From Thermodesulfobacteriota bacterium (GTDB lineage: Bacteria; Desulfobacterota; Desulfarculia; JACQYL01), in assembly GCA_963675595.2 (NCBI GenBank), contig CAXXLZ010000001.1:1088001-1152000 (forward strand): a stretch of 64,000 nucleotides of DNA, in the 5' to 3' direction. Positions within the stretch are counted from its first letter, which is position 1. Each line of letters opens with the position of its first letter. Shown in pieces: positions 48,608 to 61,161 of the stretch. The notes beneath the pieces were generated by a model. The model ran no database searches. It saw only the letters and a list, made by a program, of their open reading frames with translations, and was not told the origin of the DNA. The position numbers and the translations under genes are program-made.

Positions 48608-49018
48608 ATGGTTACGGGCGGCAACAAAAGATATATGAGCGAAATCAACGTGACGCCGTTGGTCGACGTCATGTTGGTTCTGCTGATCATTTTCATGGTT
48701 ACGGCTCCCATGATGAAGCACGGAATGGACGTGTCTCTGCCGCAGACATCGGCCCAGACCATTCCGAGCGAAGAAGAACGTTTGGTCATCACCGTAAACC
48801 GCGACGGCAAGATATTCATCGACGATTTCGAGACGGACCTGGACTCCTTGAAGCAAAAGCTTGAGTACATCTACCAAACCCAAGAACATCGTGAAGCGTT
48901 TCTGAGAGCGGATGAGACCATTCCTTACGGGTTTGTGGCGAGGGTCATGGCGGAGGTGAAAGCGGCCGGGATCACCAAGCTGGGCATGGTGACCGAACCC
49001 TTGTCCGATAAGAAATGA
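48608..49018 (+). CDS. tolR: TolR
   Basis: SEINVTPLVDVMLVLLIIFMVTAP, LRAD. Confidence 0.93.
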   Translation: MVTGGNKRYMSEINVTPLVDVMLVLLIIFMVTAPMMKHGMDVSLPQTSAQTIPSEEERLVITVNRDGKIFIDDFETDLDSLKQKLEYIYQTQEHREAFLRADETIPYGFVARVMAEVKAAGITKLGMVTEPLSDKK

Positions 49019-50112
49019 GATATCGAGCCAACTCCTATCCGGACCCCGCCGGCGAAAAACTCCTGAACTGGATGATTCTCATCTCGTTCGGGCTGCACAT
49101 AGTGTTGTTTCTCGTATTGCTTCTGACTCCCGGTTTCAATTCCGGTTCCAGGACAATTGCCCCTGTTTACACCGTGGATTTGGTGAGCATTGCCGCGCTG
49201 AGCGGTGGGGGAGCTCCCGCTGTGAAGCCGGCGCCTCAGCCGAAAGAGATCAAGACCATCGTACCGTTGCGGCAGGCCGAGAAAATTCGGATTTCAGCCC
49301 CTCCGGAAACCGTGGACGCGAAAACGAAGGAGGAAGTGGTTGAGGAATTGCCGGTGTTGACTCCGGAACCGGTCGTGAAGGTCAAGATGGCGGCGGCCCC
49401 GAAAATTCCGTCCATCGATTCGGCACTCAAGAAGATCGAAAAGAAGAAGGTAGTCGAAAAGGCGAAGATCGAAGAGACACGCCAAGAGCAGCTTCGCCGT
49501 GCTCGGGAAGACGCGCTGAAGGCGGAGGAAGAGGCGCGCAGGCAGAGAGCCGAACAGGCGCGAATCGCGCAAGAGGAAGCGCAGCGGAAACGGGTGCGGG
49601 AGCAGGCGGCCCGAAGGGCTGCTGCGGCCCGTGCCGAGAAAGAGCGTCGGGAAAGGGCAAACCTTCAGCAGGCCTTGAGTAGTGTGGAAGCGTCGGTTCG
49701 AGAGACGCAAGAGGAATCTCTGAACCAGGCTCTTCAGGAGGTTGCCGAGGGCCATGCCGGGGGAGGGGTCGCCGGAGAGGACTTGGGCGGCGACGCCGGC
49801 GGCGCTCCCGTGGGGCTCCGCCTTCAAATCTACAAGACGAACATTTGGAACAAAGTCCGGAACAACTGGTCTTATCCCGAGATTTTTGGGCGTGGTAACA
49901 GCCCGGAGGCTTTGGTTCGATTGAGAGTGCGTAACGATGGATCCATTGTCCGGTTCGGCCTGGTCAAGAAGTCGGGAAATCCGGTATTCGATCAGTCGGT
50001 GCTTCGGGCGGTGCAGCTTTCCGATCCGCTGCCGCCCTTTCCGGAAGGCTATGTCAAATCATACGAAGAAATTGAGTTGAGATTCAGCCTGAGCGATCTT
50101 GCCACGGGCTGA
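49015..50112 (+). CDS. tolA: TolA
   Basis: TM with S...LH, long E/A/K/R helix, TonB_C-like domain with SG...FD.SV.RAV. Confidence 0.85.
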   Translation: MRYRANSYPDPAGEKLLNWMILISFGLHIVLFLVLLLTPGFNSGSRTIAPVYTVDLVSIAALSGGGAPAVKPAPQPKEIKTIVPLRQAEKIRISAPPETVDAKTKEEVVEELPVLTPEPVVKVKMAAAPKIPSIDSALKKIEKKKVVEKAKIEETRQEQLRRAREDALKAEEEARRQRAEQARIAQEEAQRKRVREQAARRAAAARAEKERRERANLQQALSSVEASVRETQEESLNQALQEVAEGHAGGGVAGEDLGGDAGGAPVGLRLQIYKTNIWNKVRNNWSYPEIFGRGNSPEALVRLRVRNDGSIVRFGLVKKSGNPVFDQSVLRAVQLSDPLPPFPEGYVKSYEEIELRFSLSDLATG

Positions 50113-50146
50113 CCTCCAAACCATTTGGAAGGAAGATTAGCAGGCC

Positions 50147-51481
50147 ATGATGATTTCAAGGCGAGTATTCTTTGCGGTTCTCGTGTTTGCATTGGGCATG
50201 AGCTGGTCGTCGATCTTTCCGACGCAACAGGCTTTCGGTGCGATTCGTATCGACATCAATTCTCCCGGTCTCACGAAGTACCCCATTGCGGTTCCCGAAT
50301 TCAAAACCGCCTCGAAATCCGTCGAGGAAAGCGATCTAGCCCGGTCGCTCCCCGAGGAATTGACACATGATTTGGACTACACGGGCTACTTCCGAGTGCT
50401 GAAGCCGGAAGCGTCGCTGCAGGATGTCTCTCTGACGGGAATCACCAAGAAGGACATTCAATTCAGGGCGTGGTCCATCATGGGGGCCGAAATGCTTGTC
50501 ACCGGGGGCATTCGGGTGATGGGACGGGAGCTGGAGTTGGAACTCAGGCTGTTCGACGTCATCCGTGGAGAACGCCTTCTGGGCAAGAAATACACGGGCG
50601 ACCTGAACACGGCCGAGTTGATGATTCACCGATTCGGGAATGAGATGATTTCGCTGCTCACGGGATTCAAGGGATACTTCGGGTCCAGGATCGCGTTTGT
50701 GAGGGGAACGGGGAGGACGAAGGAAATATACCAGATGAATTTCGACGGCAGAAAACCACGACCTTTGACCAACTACGGGTCTTTGTCTCTGACCCCCAGG
50801 TGGTCTCCTGACGGGAACTGGCTTGCTTTTATTTCGTATAAGGAGGGAACTCCTGAGATTTTTCTGCGTTCCATGTCTTCCGATTTGCTGAAACGCATCT
50901 CGCTCCGCAAGGGACTGAACATTTCTCCGGCATGGGCTCCGGACGGCCGCAGGCTCGCGGTGACCGTAACGGATAAGGGGCGCGAGAACATCTTTTTGGT
51001 GGATATGGACGGCAACGTGGAAGGCGCCGTGACCGATCGATGGGGGATCAATGTGTCGGCGACCTGGAGTCCGGACGGTGACGACATCGCTTTTGTATCC
51101 AATCGTGCAGGAAAACCTCAGATTTACGTGAAGAACCTCAAAAACAACGATACCCGGTTGCTGACTTTGGAAGGAAAACAGAATTTGGACCCGGCGTGGT
51201 CTCCCAGAGGGGATCGTATCGCTTTTGTGCGGAACGTGGACGGGGATTTCCACATCTTCACCATGAACCCTAAGGGAGAAGACGTTCAACGGCTCACGTA
51301 CAGCGGAGGTTTGAACCTTTCTCCCGCTTGGTCTCCGGATGGGACCATGATCGCTTTTTCTTCGGATCGTGATGGAGAACTGGCGATTTATGTGATGAAC
51401 GCCAACGGGGTGAACCAGAGGCGACTCACCTTCATGAAGGGCACCCAGGAAAGCCCTTCCTGGTCTTCCGTCGGCTTCTGA
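50147..51481 (+). CDS. tolB: TolB
   Basis: Signal peptide, TolB N-domain, repeated P.WSPDG (PD40) propeller blades. Confidence 0.93.
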   Translation: MMISRRVFFAVLVFALGMSWSSIFPTQQAFGAIRIDINSPGLTKYPIAVPEFKTASKSVEESDLARSLPEELTHDLDYTGYFRVLKPEASLQDVSLTGITKKDIQFRAWSIMGAEMLVTGGIRVMGRELELELRLFDVIRGERLLGKKYTGDLNTAELMIHRFGNEMISLLTGFKGYFGSRIAFVRGTGRTKEIYQMNFDGRKPRPLTNYGSLSLTPRWSPDGNWLAFISYKEGTPEIFLRSMSSDLLKRISLRKGLNISPAWAPDGRRLAVTVTDKGRENIFLVDMDGNVEGAVTDRWGINVSATWSPDGDDIAFVSNRAGKPQIYVKNLKNNDTRLLTLEGKQNLDPAWSPRGDRIAFVRNVDGDFHIFTMNPKGEDVQRLTYSGGLNLSPAWSPDGTMIAFSSDRDGELAIYVMNANGVNQRRLTFMKGTQESPSWSSVGF

Positions 51482-51565
51482 CCGGAGTGGGATCGTCGGA
51501 CGGCAATTAAGGAACCGGTTTCGGATTTAAGTCATTTCGATTGTCAGGCCTGAAAGGAGAGGGAA

Positions 51566-52525
51566 ATGAGGAAGCAAGGTTTATTGACTTGGGCTTTGAT
51601 TCTTGTTTGCTTGATGAGCCTTACCATGTTCCTCGCATGTTCGAAAGAAGCGTTCAAGGAAACACCAGGAGTGCCGCAACTCAAAGGGTTGGGGTCGGAA
51701 GAGATGGAGGCCGAGCGTGTGGAGGCCCCGGATGCGGTTTCCATGGTGGCGCAGGCTGAAGAAGGAAAGGATTCGGAGGCTGCGGCGGCTGAGGCTGAAG
51801 CCCGGCTTCTGTCCGATGAGGAGGCCGCCAAGCAGGCTGAGCTGGAAGCGCAGCGCAAGGCCGAGGAAGAAGCGGCCCGTGCCGCCGAGATGGAAGCGCA
51901 ACGACTGGCGGAAGAGGAACGTCAGGCCGCTCTGCGTGAGAAGGCGTTGGCGGAACAGGCTGAACGGGAGCGAATCGCACGGGAATCGGCGGAAAGCGCT
52001 CGAGAGGCCGAACGGATGGCCCGAGAAGCCGAGCGGATGGCGCAGGAAGCGGAAGAAATGGCCGTTAAGGAGGAGCCTGCCGGTGGAGACACCATGATGA
52101 TGGCGCGTGCCGAAACCGAGGCGGCGGCTGAGGGAGAGGCGTCCAAAGCGGCACAGGCGGAACCGGAAAAAGTTCCTGAAACCGTACGCACCGGGATCGA
52201 GGACGAGAAGGTCTACTTCGACTTCGATTCCTCGGCTTTGACCGAGACCGCCAAGTCCGTACTTCAGCGCAAGGCGGAGTTTCTGAAAGAGCGTGCCGAA
52301 ACAGACGTACTGATTGAAGGTCATTGCGACGAGAGGGGCAGTGTCGAGTACAACTTGGCCTTGGGACAAAGACGAGCGGAAAGCGTCAAACGTTACCTGG
52401 TTCTGCTGGGAATTTCATCGGAACGTCTCCGCACCATCAGCTATGGAAAGGAACGGCCTGCAGATCCGCGCCATACGGAAGAAGCCTGGGCAAAGAACCG
52501 CAGAGCCGAGTTCGTCATTGATTGA
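51566..52525 (+). CDS. pal: Peptidoglycan-associated lipoprotein with long N-terminal helical linker
   Basis: Lipobox FLAC, VYFDFDS, EGHCDERG..EYNLALGQRRA, SYGKERP, NRRAEF. Confidence 0.9.
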   Translation: MRKQGLLTWALILVCLMSLTMFLACSKEAFKETPGVPQLKGLGSEEMEAERVEAPDAVSMVAQAEEGKDSEAAAAEAEARLLSDEEAAKQAELEAQRKAEEEAARAAEMEAQRLAEEERQAALREKALAEQAERERIARESAESAREAERMAREAERMAQEAEEMAVKEEPAGGDTMMMARAETEAAAEGEASKAAQAEPEKVPETVRTGIEDEKVYFDFDSSALTETAKSVLQRKAEFLKERAETDVLIEGHCDERGSVEYNLALGQRRAESVKRYLVLLGISSERLRTISYGKERPADPRHTEEAWAKNRRAEFVID

Positions 52526-52598
52526 TCGATCCAACCAAGAATGGCGAGGGGCCGCACGAATGGACGGGGGCTCCTCGGACCACCATAGGGAAAAGCCA

Positions 52599-54002
52599 AT
52601 GTCGGCACGCAGTTTATCTCGGACTCTATTTGGTCTGCTGATGATTGCGGCGATCTCCGCCTCTTTCGTCGGCTGCGTCGCATCCGAATCGAACGTGAAA
52701 GACGTTCGCGACGATATGGACGACAGGATCTCGAATCTGGCCATCGAGGTGGATCGCCTCAAACAGGAAAGTCGTTCGACTTCTCGCCTCGATCCCGCCA
52801 AGACGTTGGCTCCCATCCAGGAGAAGATAGAAGCGAACCGGGCGAGTGCGGAGACTCTGGACTCCCGTTTGCGCACTCTGGAGCTCCAGGTGGAAAGCCA
52901 TTCTTCGGACTTGGGCATCGCAAACGAGAATCTTTCGAGCCAGGCGGCGAATCTCAAGGCTCTGAACACGAACATCGAGGCGGTGAACAAGAACATTGAA
53001 ACGGTGAACGGCAAATTAGGGCAACTTTCTTCGGATCTGGCCGATGTCGCCGCTCGGCAGGTGGAAGGGAACATCAAGCTGGACACGGTCGGCAAGAGTC
53101 GGGACAAGGTTGAGGCGTCTTTAGAGGAAATACGCGGGCGACAGGCTGAACTGCAGGTCGATCTGGACGACGTTCAGGTTCAAAGTCGTCAACGAGGCGG
53201 AGAACTGGAAAAGGAGATCGTCCAACTTCAAAGAGACCTTCAAGAGTTGCGGAAGATGCTCGGGGAGATGGATTCCAGAGACACTTCCGGGCTCGAGAGA
53301 GCTCAAGACGAAACGGATCGTAAGTTGGTCAAGGTCGGTGAGAATGTGTCCAAACTTGGTGATCGTCTGAGCAAAGTGGAAGCGGCGCTCCTGGCCATGG
53401 CCAAAGTGCGGCAGAGCAGTGCGGCAGGGTCCGCGATTTCGGTGCCGAGTCCGGCCGCTCCTTCGGTGGTCGCGCCGGTTCCCGCGGCTCCATCGACCCC
53501 TACGCCCTCTCCGGCTCTCACCGCGAGGTCTTCCGAACCCGTCGCTCCGCCAAAGCCGACGGCGGTTGAGGAACCTGTGAAGGCCGTGACTCCACGGTCC
53601 GATGAAACAGCCGACGCCACGGAAATCACGGACCCGAACGAGCTGTATAAGACGGCCATGAACCTCTTTAGAGAGAAACGTTACAAAGAGGCGAGAAGCC
53701 TTTTTTCAACGTTTGTCGGCAAGTACCCCAACCATCCGGTAGCTGATAATGCCCAGTTCTGGGTGGGAGAGACCTATTTCAAAGAAGGCTCTTTCGAGGA
53801 TTCCATCCTTGAATACCAGAAAGTGATCCAGCGATACGCCACGGGCAATAAGGTCCCGGATGCTTTGCTGAAACAGGCAATGGCTTTTCAGCGGTTGGGG
53901 GACAATACGAGCGCACGCATCCTGTACCAGAAGCTGGAAAAAGACTATGCCGAGAGCCCTCAAGCCGGTACGGCCATGAATGAACTCATGAAGATGAAGT
54001 AG
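52599..54002 (+). CDS. cpoB: CpoB/YbgF with long coiled coil
   Basis: Lipobox FVGC, long coiled coil, C-terminal TPR with NAQFWVGE and KVPDALLK; follows pal. Confidence 0.85.
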   Translation: MSARSLSRTLFGLLMIAAISASFVGCVASESNVKDVRDDMDDRISNLAIEVDRLKQESRSTSRLDPAKTLAPIQEKIEANRASAETLDSRLRTLELQVESHSSDLGIANENLSSQAANLKALNTNIEAVNKNIETVNGKLGQLSSDLADVAARQVEGNIKLDTVGKSRDKVEASLEEIRGRQAELQVDLDDVQVQSRQRGGELEKEIVQLQRDLQELRKMLGEMDSRDTSGLERAQDETDRKLVKVGENVSKLGDRLSKVEAALLAMAKVRQSSAAGSAISVPSPAAPSVVAPVPAAPSTPTPSPALTARSSEPVAPPKPTAVEEPVKAVTPRSDETADATEITDPNELYKTAMNLFREKRYKEARSLFSTFVGKYPNHPVADNAQFWVGETYFKEGSFEDSILEYQKVIQRYATGNKVPDALLKQAMAFQRLGDNTSARILYQKLEKDYAESPQAGTAMNELMKMK

Positions 54003-54029
54003 GCGGGGATACGGCGTACGTGACTGAAC

Positions 54030-54067
54030 GGCCGGGAGAACGGCGAACTCCCGGCCCTTCTTATTTC
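54030..54067 (+). terminator. Intrinsic terminator candidate after the tol-pal operon
   Basis: GGCCGGGAG/CTCCCGGCC stem followed by CTTCTTATTT. Confidence 0.55.
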
Positions 54068-54117
54068 CCGGTTGACGGCCGGAAGCCGGGGTGCCGGTTT
54101 TCCGTAGGTGAATCGAA

Positions 54118-54309
54118 ATGACTCGTTTTTTCCTTTGCGCCCTAGGCCTTATGTTGATTTTTGAGGGCTTGCCTTATTTCGCGGTTCCGCACCGACTGAA
54201 ACCGTGGCTCGCGAAAATGTCGGAATTGGATACGGCTACCTTGCGTATGCTGGGGATTGCCGGTATGAGCATAGGTATGCTGCTCGTTTACCTCTTTCGT
54301 CCCATCTGA
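54118..54309 (+). CDS. DUF2065-like small membrane protein
   Basis: ALGLMLIFEGLPYFAVP...LRMLG. Confidence 0.8.
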   Translation: MTRFFLCALGLMLIFEGLPYFAVPHRLKPWLAKMSELDTATLRMLGIAGMSIGMLLVYLFRPI

Positions 54310-54367
54310 GCGCACTCCGAAAACAATTGACTAATCGGTCTCTTTCCGTTTATGGTTCCCGAGCTTT

Positions 54368-56547
<2,180 letters not shown>

Positions 56548-56548
56548 C

Positions 56549-56932
56549 TTGTTGGCACTAGCTTGGGCAGTCGATGGTGGGGGGGCCGGGTCGGGCGGAT
56601 CCGGGTTTACGGCGTTTATACCACTCGTTTTGATGTTCGCCATTTTCTACTTTCTGTTGATCAGGCCTCAGCAGAAGAGGCAGAAACAGCACAAAAGCTT
56701 GTTGGCGAATCTGAGAAGGGGCGATAGCGTAATTACCCAGGGCGGTATTCATGGGAAGATTACCGGTCTCACGGAATCCGTGATTACTCTGGAGATCGCA
56801 CCGGGCGTTCGAGTGCGCGTATCGAGGAGCTTTGTCACCGGACTGAATACTCCGCAACAGGCCCCGCAAGCCGCTCCCCCGAAAGAAAAGGGAAAAGATT
56901 CGAAAGAGGAAAAGAAAGAAGCCGAAGGCTGA
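56549..56932 (+). CDS. yajC: Preprotein translocase YajC
   Basis: FYFLLIRPQQK, GDSVITQGGIHG. TTG start follows GGAGG. Confidence 0.92.
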   Translation: MLALAWAVDGGGAGSGGSGFTAFIPLVLMFAIFYFLLIRPQQKRQKQHKSLLANLRRGDSVITQGGIHGKITGLTESVITLEIAPGVRVRVSRSFVTGLNTPQQAPQAAPPKEKGKDSKEEKKEAEG

Positions 56933-57279
56933 TTTCGATACCGAGGCGCCGAGGCAATCGGGAGTGCGACAGTCGGAAAAGCTGCTTTTCTTGCTGTGTG
57001 GAAACGAAAGCCCGGCCCTTTCTTTTTCTCCCGCGAGGATTCCCATAAGGGGTGAGATTCTCCGGTACCGGTTGTCAAGGTGCTGAAGAATACGCCGGAA
57101 CGTGGAGAAATCGCGGATCTCGGCAAGCCGCAAGCGTTCGAAACGGACTCTGCCGTGCGCACGGGCGGCTGCTCGTGCGCGTGTATCCGTCGCTTGCCGG
57201 GATTCTCCGCAGCCCTCCAGGGCGCTTTTCGAGTTACGCCCGGCACCCTCATAGAAGCTGAGATAGAAAGGAGCATTAC

Positions 57280-58881
57280 GTGAAAGGCAGTCTAGGCTGG
57301 AGGGGAATCATTGTACTGGCTGTGCTGGTCCTGTCTCTAGTGTACCTAACGCCTTCGATGGTTGGGGAGCCCCCCCTTTGGTGGAGTAATCTGCTCCCTT
57401 CCGACCAGGTGCAACTCGGCCTTGACCTGCAGGGCGGGATGCATCTTGTCCTCGAGGTGGAGGCAAGCAAGGCGGTGGAATCCCAGCTTGATATTTTGAG
57501 TGAGGAGATCAAGCGTTCGTTGCGCGATGAACGGGTATGGGTATCCAAGACGCGGGTGGTGGCTCCCGATGGGTTGGAGATTGACTTGAAACAGCCCGAA
57601 GGAGAGGAGAATCTTCAGAAGCTGCTTGAAAAAGAGTATCCGGACTTGTCGGTCGTCCGATCGGAACCGTTTGAAGACGGATTGAAGATTGTACTCCAAA
57701 TGGCGGCTGAGGAAGTGAAACGGGTCAAACAGTTCGCGGTTTCCCAAGCTTTGGAGACGATCCGAAACCGTGTGGACCAATTCGGAGTAAGTGAGCCGGA
57801 CATACGGCCCCAAGGCGAAGACAGGATCCTCATCCAATTGCCGGGAATCAGTGACCCCGATCGCGCCATGAAACTGATCGGAAAAACGGCGCTCCTGGAA
57901 TTCAAACTGGTGGACGACACGGCGGACTTGAGAAAAGCGGAAGCGGGCGATTTGCCTCCGGGGCGACAGTTGCTTTACGAGGTCCAGGTGGATCGGGAGA
58001 CGGGGCGCAAGAGCCGGATTCCCTATGTTGTCGAAAAGCGAGCCGTGCTCACGGGGCAGTATGTATCCGACGCGCGTGTGCAGATCGATAATCAGTTCAA
58101 CGAGCCTTATGTCACGTTGAAGTTCAATTCGAAGGGAGCACGAATTTTTGAACGTGTAACCGGCGACAATGTCAAGAAAAGGCTCGCCATCGTGCTGGAC
58201 AACGTAATCAATTCGGCGCCGGTTATCCAGGAACGAATCCCCGGTGGTGAAGCCCGAATTACGGGAAGTTATACCATGGAAGAGGCCAGGGACCTGGCAA
58301 TCGTTCTGAGGGCGGGTGCCTTGCCGGCACCGGTGAAGGTGCTGGAAGAACGGACGGTTGGTCCGTCTCTGGGGAAGGATTCCATACGAAAGGGCTTCCT
58401 TTCGATGATTATCGGCGGTATCATAGTAATTTTGCTGATGGCCGCCTACTATCGGTTGGGCGGACTCATCGCGGACTTCGCGCTGTTGTTGAACGTGGTG
58501 CTCATTATGGCCGCGTTGGCCGCTTTCGGAGCCACCTTGACCCTCCCGGGCATCGCGGGCATCATACTGACAATCGGTATGGCCGTTGACGCCAACGTAC
58601 TGATCTTTGAACGAATACGCGAGGAACTCAGACTGGGCAAGACGCCGAGGGCTGCTGTGGAAGGCGGTTTCGGCAAGGCCATAGTCACGATTCTCGACGC
58701 CAACGTGACGACCTTGATCGCCGCCTTGGTGCTCTTTCAGTTCGGAACCGGGCCCATCAGGGGGTTCGCGGTGACCTTGAGTATCGGTATTGTTGCCAGC
58801 ATGTTCACCGCCATCTTCGTTTCTAGATTGATTTTCGACTATCTCCTGCTGAAAGTGCAGATGAAACAGATTCCCGTGTGA
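57280..58881 (+). CDS. secD: Protein translocase SecD
   Basis: LGLDLQGG, RVDQFGVSEP, GMAVDANVLIFERIREE. Confidence 0.96.
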   Translation: MKGSLGWRGIIVLAVLVLSLVYLTPSMVGEPPLWWSNLLPSDQVQLGLDLQGGMHLVLEVEASKAVESQLDILSEEIKRSLRDERVWVSKTRVVAPDGLEIDLKQPEGEENLQKLLEKEYPDLSVVRSEPFEDGLKIVLQMAAEEVKRVKQFAVSQALETIRNRVDQFGVSEPDIRPQGEDRILIQLPGISDPDRAMKLIGKTALLEFKLVDDTADLRKAEAGDLPPGRQLLYEVQVDRETGRKSRIPYVVEKRAVLTGQYVSDARVQIDNQFNEPYVTLKFNSKGARIFERVTGDNVKKRLAIVLDNVINSAPVIQERIPGGEARITGSYTMEEARDLAIVLRAGALPAPVKVLEERTVGPSLGKDSIRKGFLSMIIGGIIVILLMAAYYRLGGLIADFALLLNVVLIMAALAAFGATLTLPGIAGIILTIGMAVDANVLIFERIREELRLGKTPRAAVEGGFGKAIVTILDANVTTLIAALVLFQFGTGPIRGFAVTLSIGIVASMFTAIFVSRLIFDYLLLKVQMKQIPV

Positions 58882-58893
58882 CAAGGAGCTCCT

Positions 58894-59961
58894 ATGGAAT
58901 TATTGAAGCCGGGCCTTAATATCGATTTCGTGGGGAAGCGGAAGATCGCGTATTTCCTGTCCGGGGCTTTGATATTGATCACCATCGTTTCGCTGGTTAT
59001 AAAAGGTGGACCCGATTACGGCATTGATTTCGTCGGAGGGGTTCTCGCGCAGGTCAAACTTTCGAAAGATGTCTCGACCGGAAAGATTCGCGAGGCTCTT
59101 GAGCAGGGCGGAATCAAGAAAGCCACGGTTCAGGATTTCAGCATCGAAGCGGGAGCTGAGTATCTCATCCGGATTGATCAGGAAGGGATAGAGCTGACGG
59201 GTTTCCGGAACAACCTCGAAAACCTGCTGAAAAATGCTCTAGGAGACAATAACGTCGAGGTTCGCCGCATCGAAATGGTGGGTCCCAAGGTTGGACACGA
59301 TTTACGCCAGAAGGCATTGTTTGCGATCTTCTACGCGTTGTTGTTCATCGCCATCTATATTTCGGGTCGATTCGAACTGAAATGGACCATGAGCATCATC
59401 ATGGCCCTCGCTCTGATGTTCGCGGTATACGTGGCTTCACTGGCGGGCATCAGTGTGACGTGGTTGATTATCCTGGCTTTGCTGATTACTCTTGTACTAT
59501 GCTGGATATTGAACCTTAAATTCGCACTGGGCGCGATCGTGGCTCTATTGCACGACGTCACGATTACGTTGGGAGCGTTTTCCTTGTTCAACAAAGAGAT
59601 CACCTTGCCCATTGTTGCGGCGCTCCTCACCATCATCGGGTACTCGTTGAACGATACGATTATCGTTTTTGACCGGATTCGCGAAAACCTCAGAAAGGGG
59701 AGGCGAACGGACCTGGGCAAAACGATAAACACGAGCATTAATGAAACCCTGTCGAGAACCATCATGACCTCCGGCACCACGTTGATCGTTGTGGCGGCGC
59801 TGTTTATTTTCGGCGGGGGAGTCATTCATGATTTCGCATTTGCATTGTTGATAGGCATCGTAGTGGGAACTTACTCGTCGATATACGTGGCTAGTCCGAT
59901 TCTATTGTCGATGCCGAATAACCAGGCCCGGCAGGGCGTTCGAACGAAATCCAAGAAATGA
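58894..59961 (+). CDS. secF: Protein translocase SecF
   Basis: [29 protein letters not shown]. Confidence 0.95.
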   Translation: MELLKPGLNIDFVGKRKIAYFLSGALILITIVSLVIKGGPDYGIDFVGGVLAQVKLSKDVSTGKIREALEQGGIKKATVQDFSIEAGAEYLIRIDQEGIELTGFRNNLENLLKNALGDNNVEVRRIEMVGPKVGHDLRQKALFAIFYALLFIAIYISGRFELKWTMSIIMALALMFAVYVASLAGISVTWLIILALLITLVLCWILNLKFALGAIVALLHDVTITLGAFSLFNKEITLPIVAALLTIIGYSLNDTIIVFDRIRENLRKGRRTDLGKTINTSINETLSRTIMTSGTTLIVVAALFIFGGGVIHDFAFALLIGIVVGTYSSIYVASPILLSMPNNQARQGVRTKSKK

Positions 59962-60011
59962 TTCTTCGTCGTAAGTCGATACCTATCCCATAGAGAGGGC
60001 CGGCGCCGCTC

Positions 60012-61160
60012 ATGGTCGTGTCCCTCTCCATCTCGGAAGACCTACTTTGCTGCCTGGCCCTCCACTTGACACCGGGTATGGGCCACGTCACCTGCAAGCG
60101 ACTGCTCGAAACGTTTGAGTCGCCCTCGGCCGTCTGTAATGCTTCGGACCTTGAACTGATGAAGGTGGGGCGGGTGCGTTCCGAATTGGTCCGAAGCCTA
60201 CGGAATACGGTGAAGGATCCAAGGATACCCAAAGAGGTCGACCGTGTTAAAGCCTTCCGTGCCGGCTTGATCGGTATGCATGAGAACAATTATCCTGCGC
60301 TGCTGAGGGAAATCCATGATCCACCGATCCTGCTTTACACGCAAGGCGATCTGATGCCGCAGGATGAGTACTCGGTGGCGGTGGTGGGCACACGCACACC
60401 TACACGGTACGGTCTGGAAGTTACGCGCAGGCTTTGTGCCGGATTGGCGGAGTATGGAGTCACTGTGGTCAGCGGGCTTGCCCGTGGGATCGACGGCAAG
60501 GCTCACAGGGCTTGTTTGGACAGCGGCGGAAGGACCATTGCCGTGTTAGGGTCGGGATTGGATGTGGTGTACCCGCGGGAACACGAGACTCTTTGTCGGG
60601 AGGTTTCAAAGAGAGGTGCCGTGGTGAGCGAATTCCCCATGGGTACCGGGCCGAAGGGGGCGCATTTTCCTAAACGCAACCGGATCATCAGTGGTCTTTC
60701 TCTCGGTACGGTGGTGGTCGAAGCCGCGGAGAGGAGCGGCTCCCTGATTACCGCTCAAATGGCGCTTGATCAGAACCGCGAGGTTTTCGCAGTGCCTGGG
60801 TCCACCGGCTCCATGTTCAGCCGAGGAACGAATCGCCTCATCAAGCAAGGGGCCAAGTTGGTGGAAACGGCTGATGATATTATTGAAGAACTCCGCCGGC
60901 CCGGACCGCGTAAACCGTCCCAACAGAGTTTTTCCTGGAAGGATGAAAAGGCGGATCAAGAGGCGAACATTTTCCTGTCGAACCTCCCACCGGAGGAACG
61001 TTTGGTCTATGACGTAATGGCCTCCGATCCCATACATGTGGATGAAATTGTACGACTGTCCGGACTTGCGGCGGGAGCTGTGGCGGCTCATCTGCTTTCG
61101 CTCGAGCTGAAGAGTCTGGTTGAGCAGGTTTCCGGAAATACCTATTCAAGGAAAAGATAG
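60012..61160 (+). CDS. dprA: DNA-processing protein DprA
   Basis: VVGTR, SGLARGID, FPKRNRIISGLS, SGSLITA. Confidence 0.95.
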   Translation: MVVSLSISEDLLCCLALHLTPGMGHVTCKRLLETFESPSAVCNASDLELMKVGRVRSELVRSLRNTVKDPRIPKEVDRVKAFRAGLIGMHENNYPALLREIHDPPILLYTQGDLMPQDEYSVAVVGTRTPTRYGLEVTRRLCAGLAEYGVTVVSGLARGIDGKAHRACLDSGGRTIAVLGSGLDVVYPREHETLCREVSKRGAVVSEFPMGTGPKGAHFPKRNRIISGLSLGTVVVEAAERSGSLITAQMALDQNREVFAVPGSTGSMFSRGTNRLIKQGAKLVETADDIIEELRRPGPRKPSQQSFSWKDEKADQEANIFLSNLPPEERLVYDVMASDPIHVDEIVRLSGLAAGAVAAHLLSLELKSLVEQVSGNTYSRKR

Positions 61161-61161
61161 T

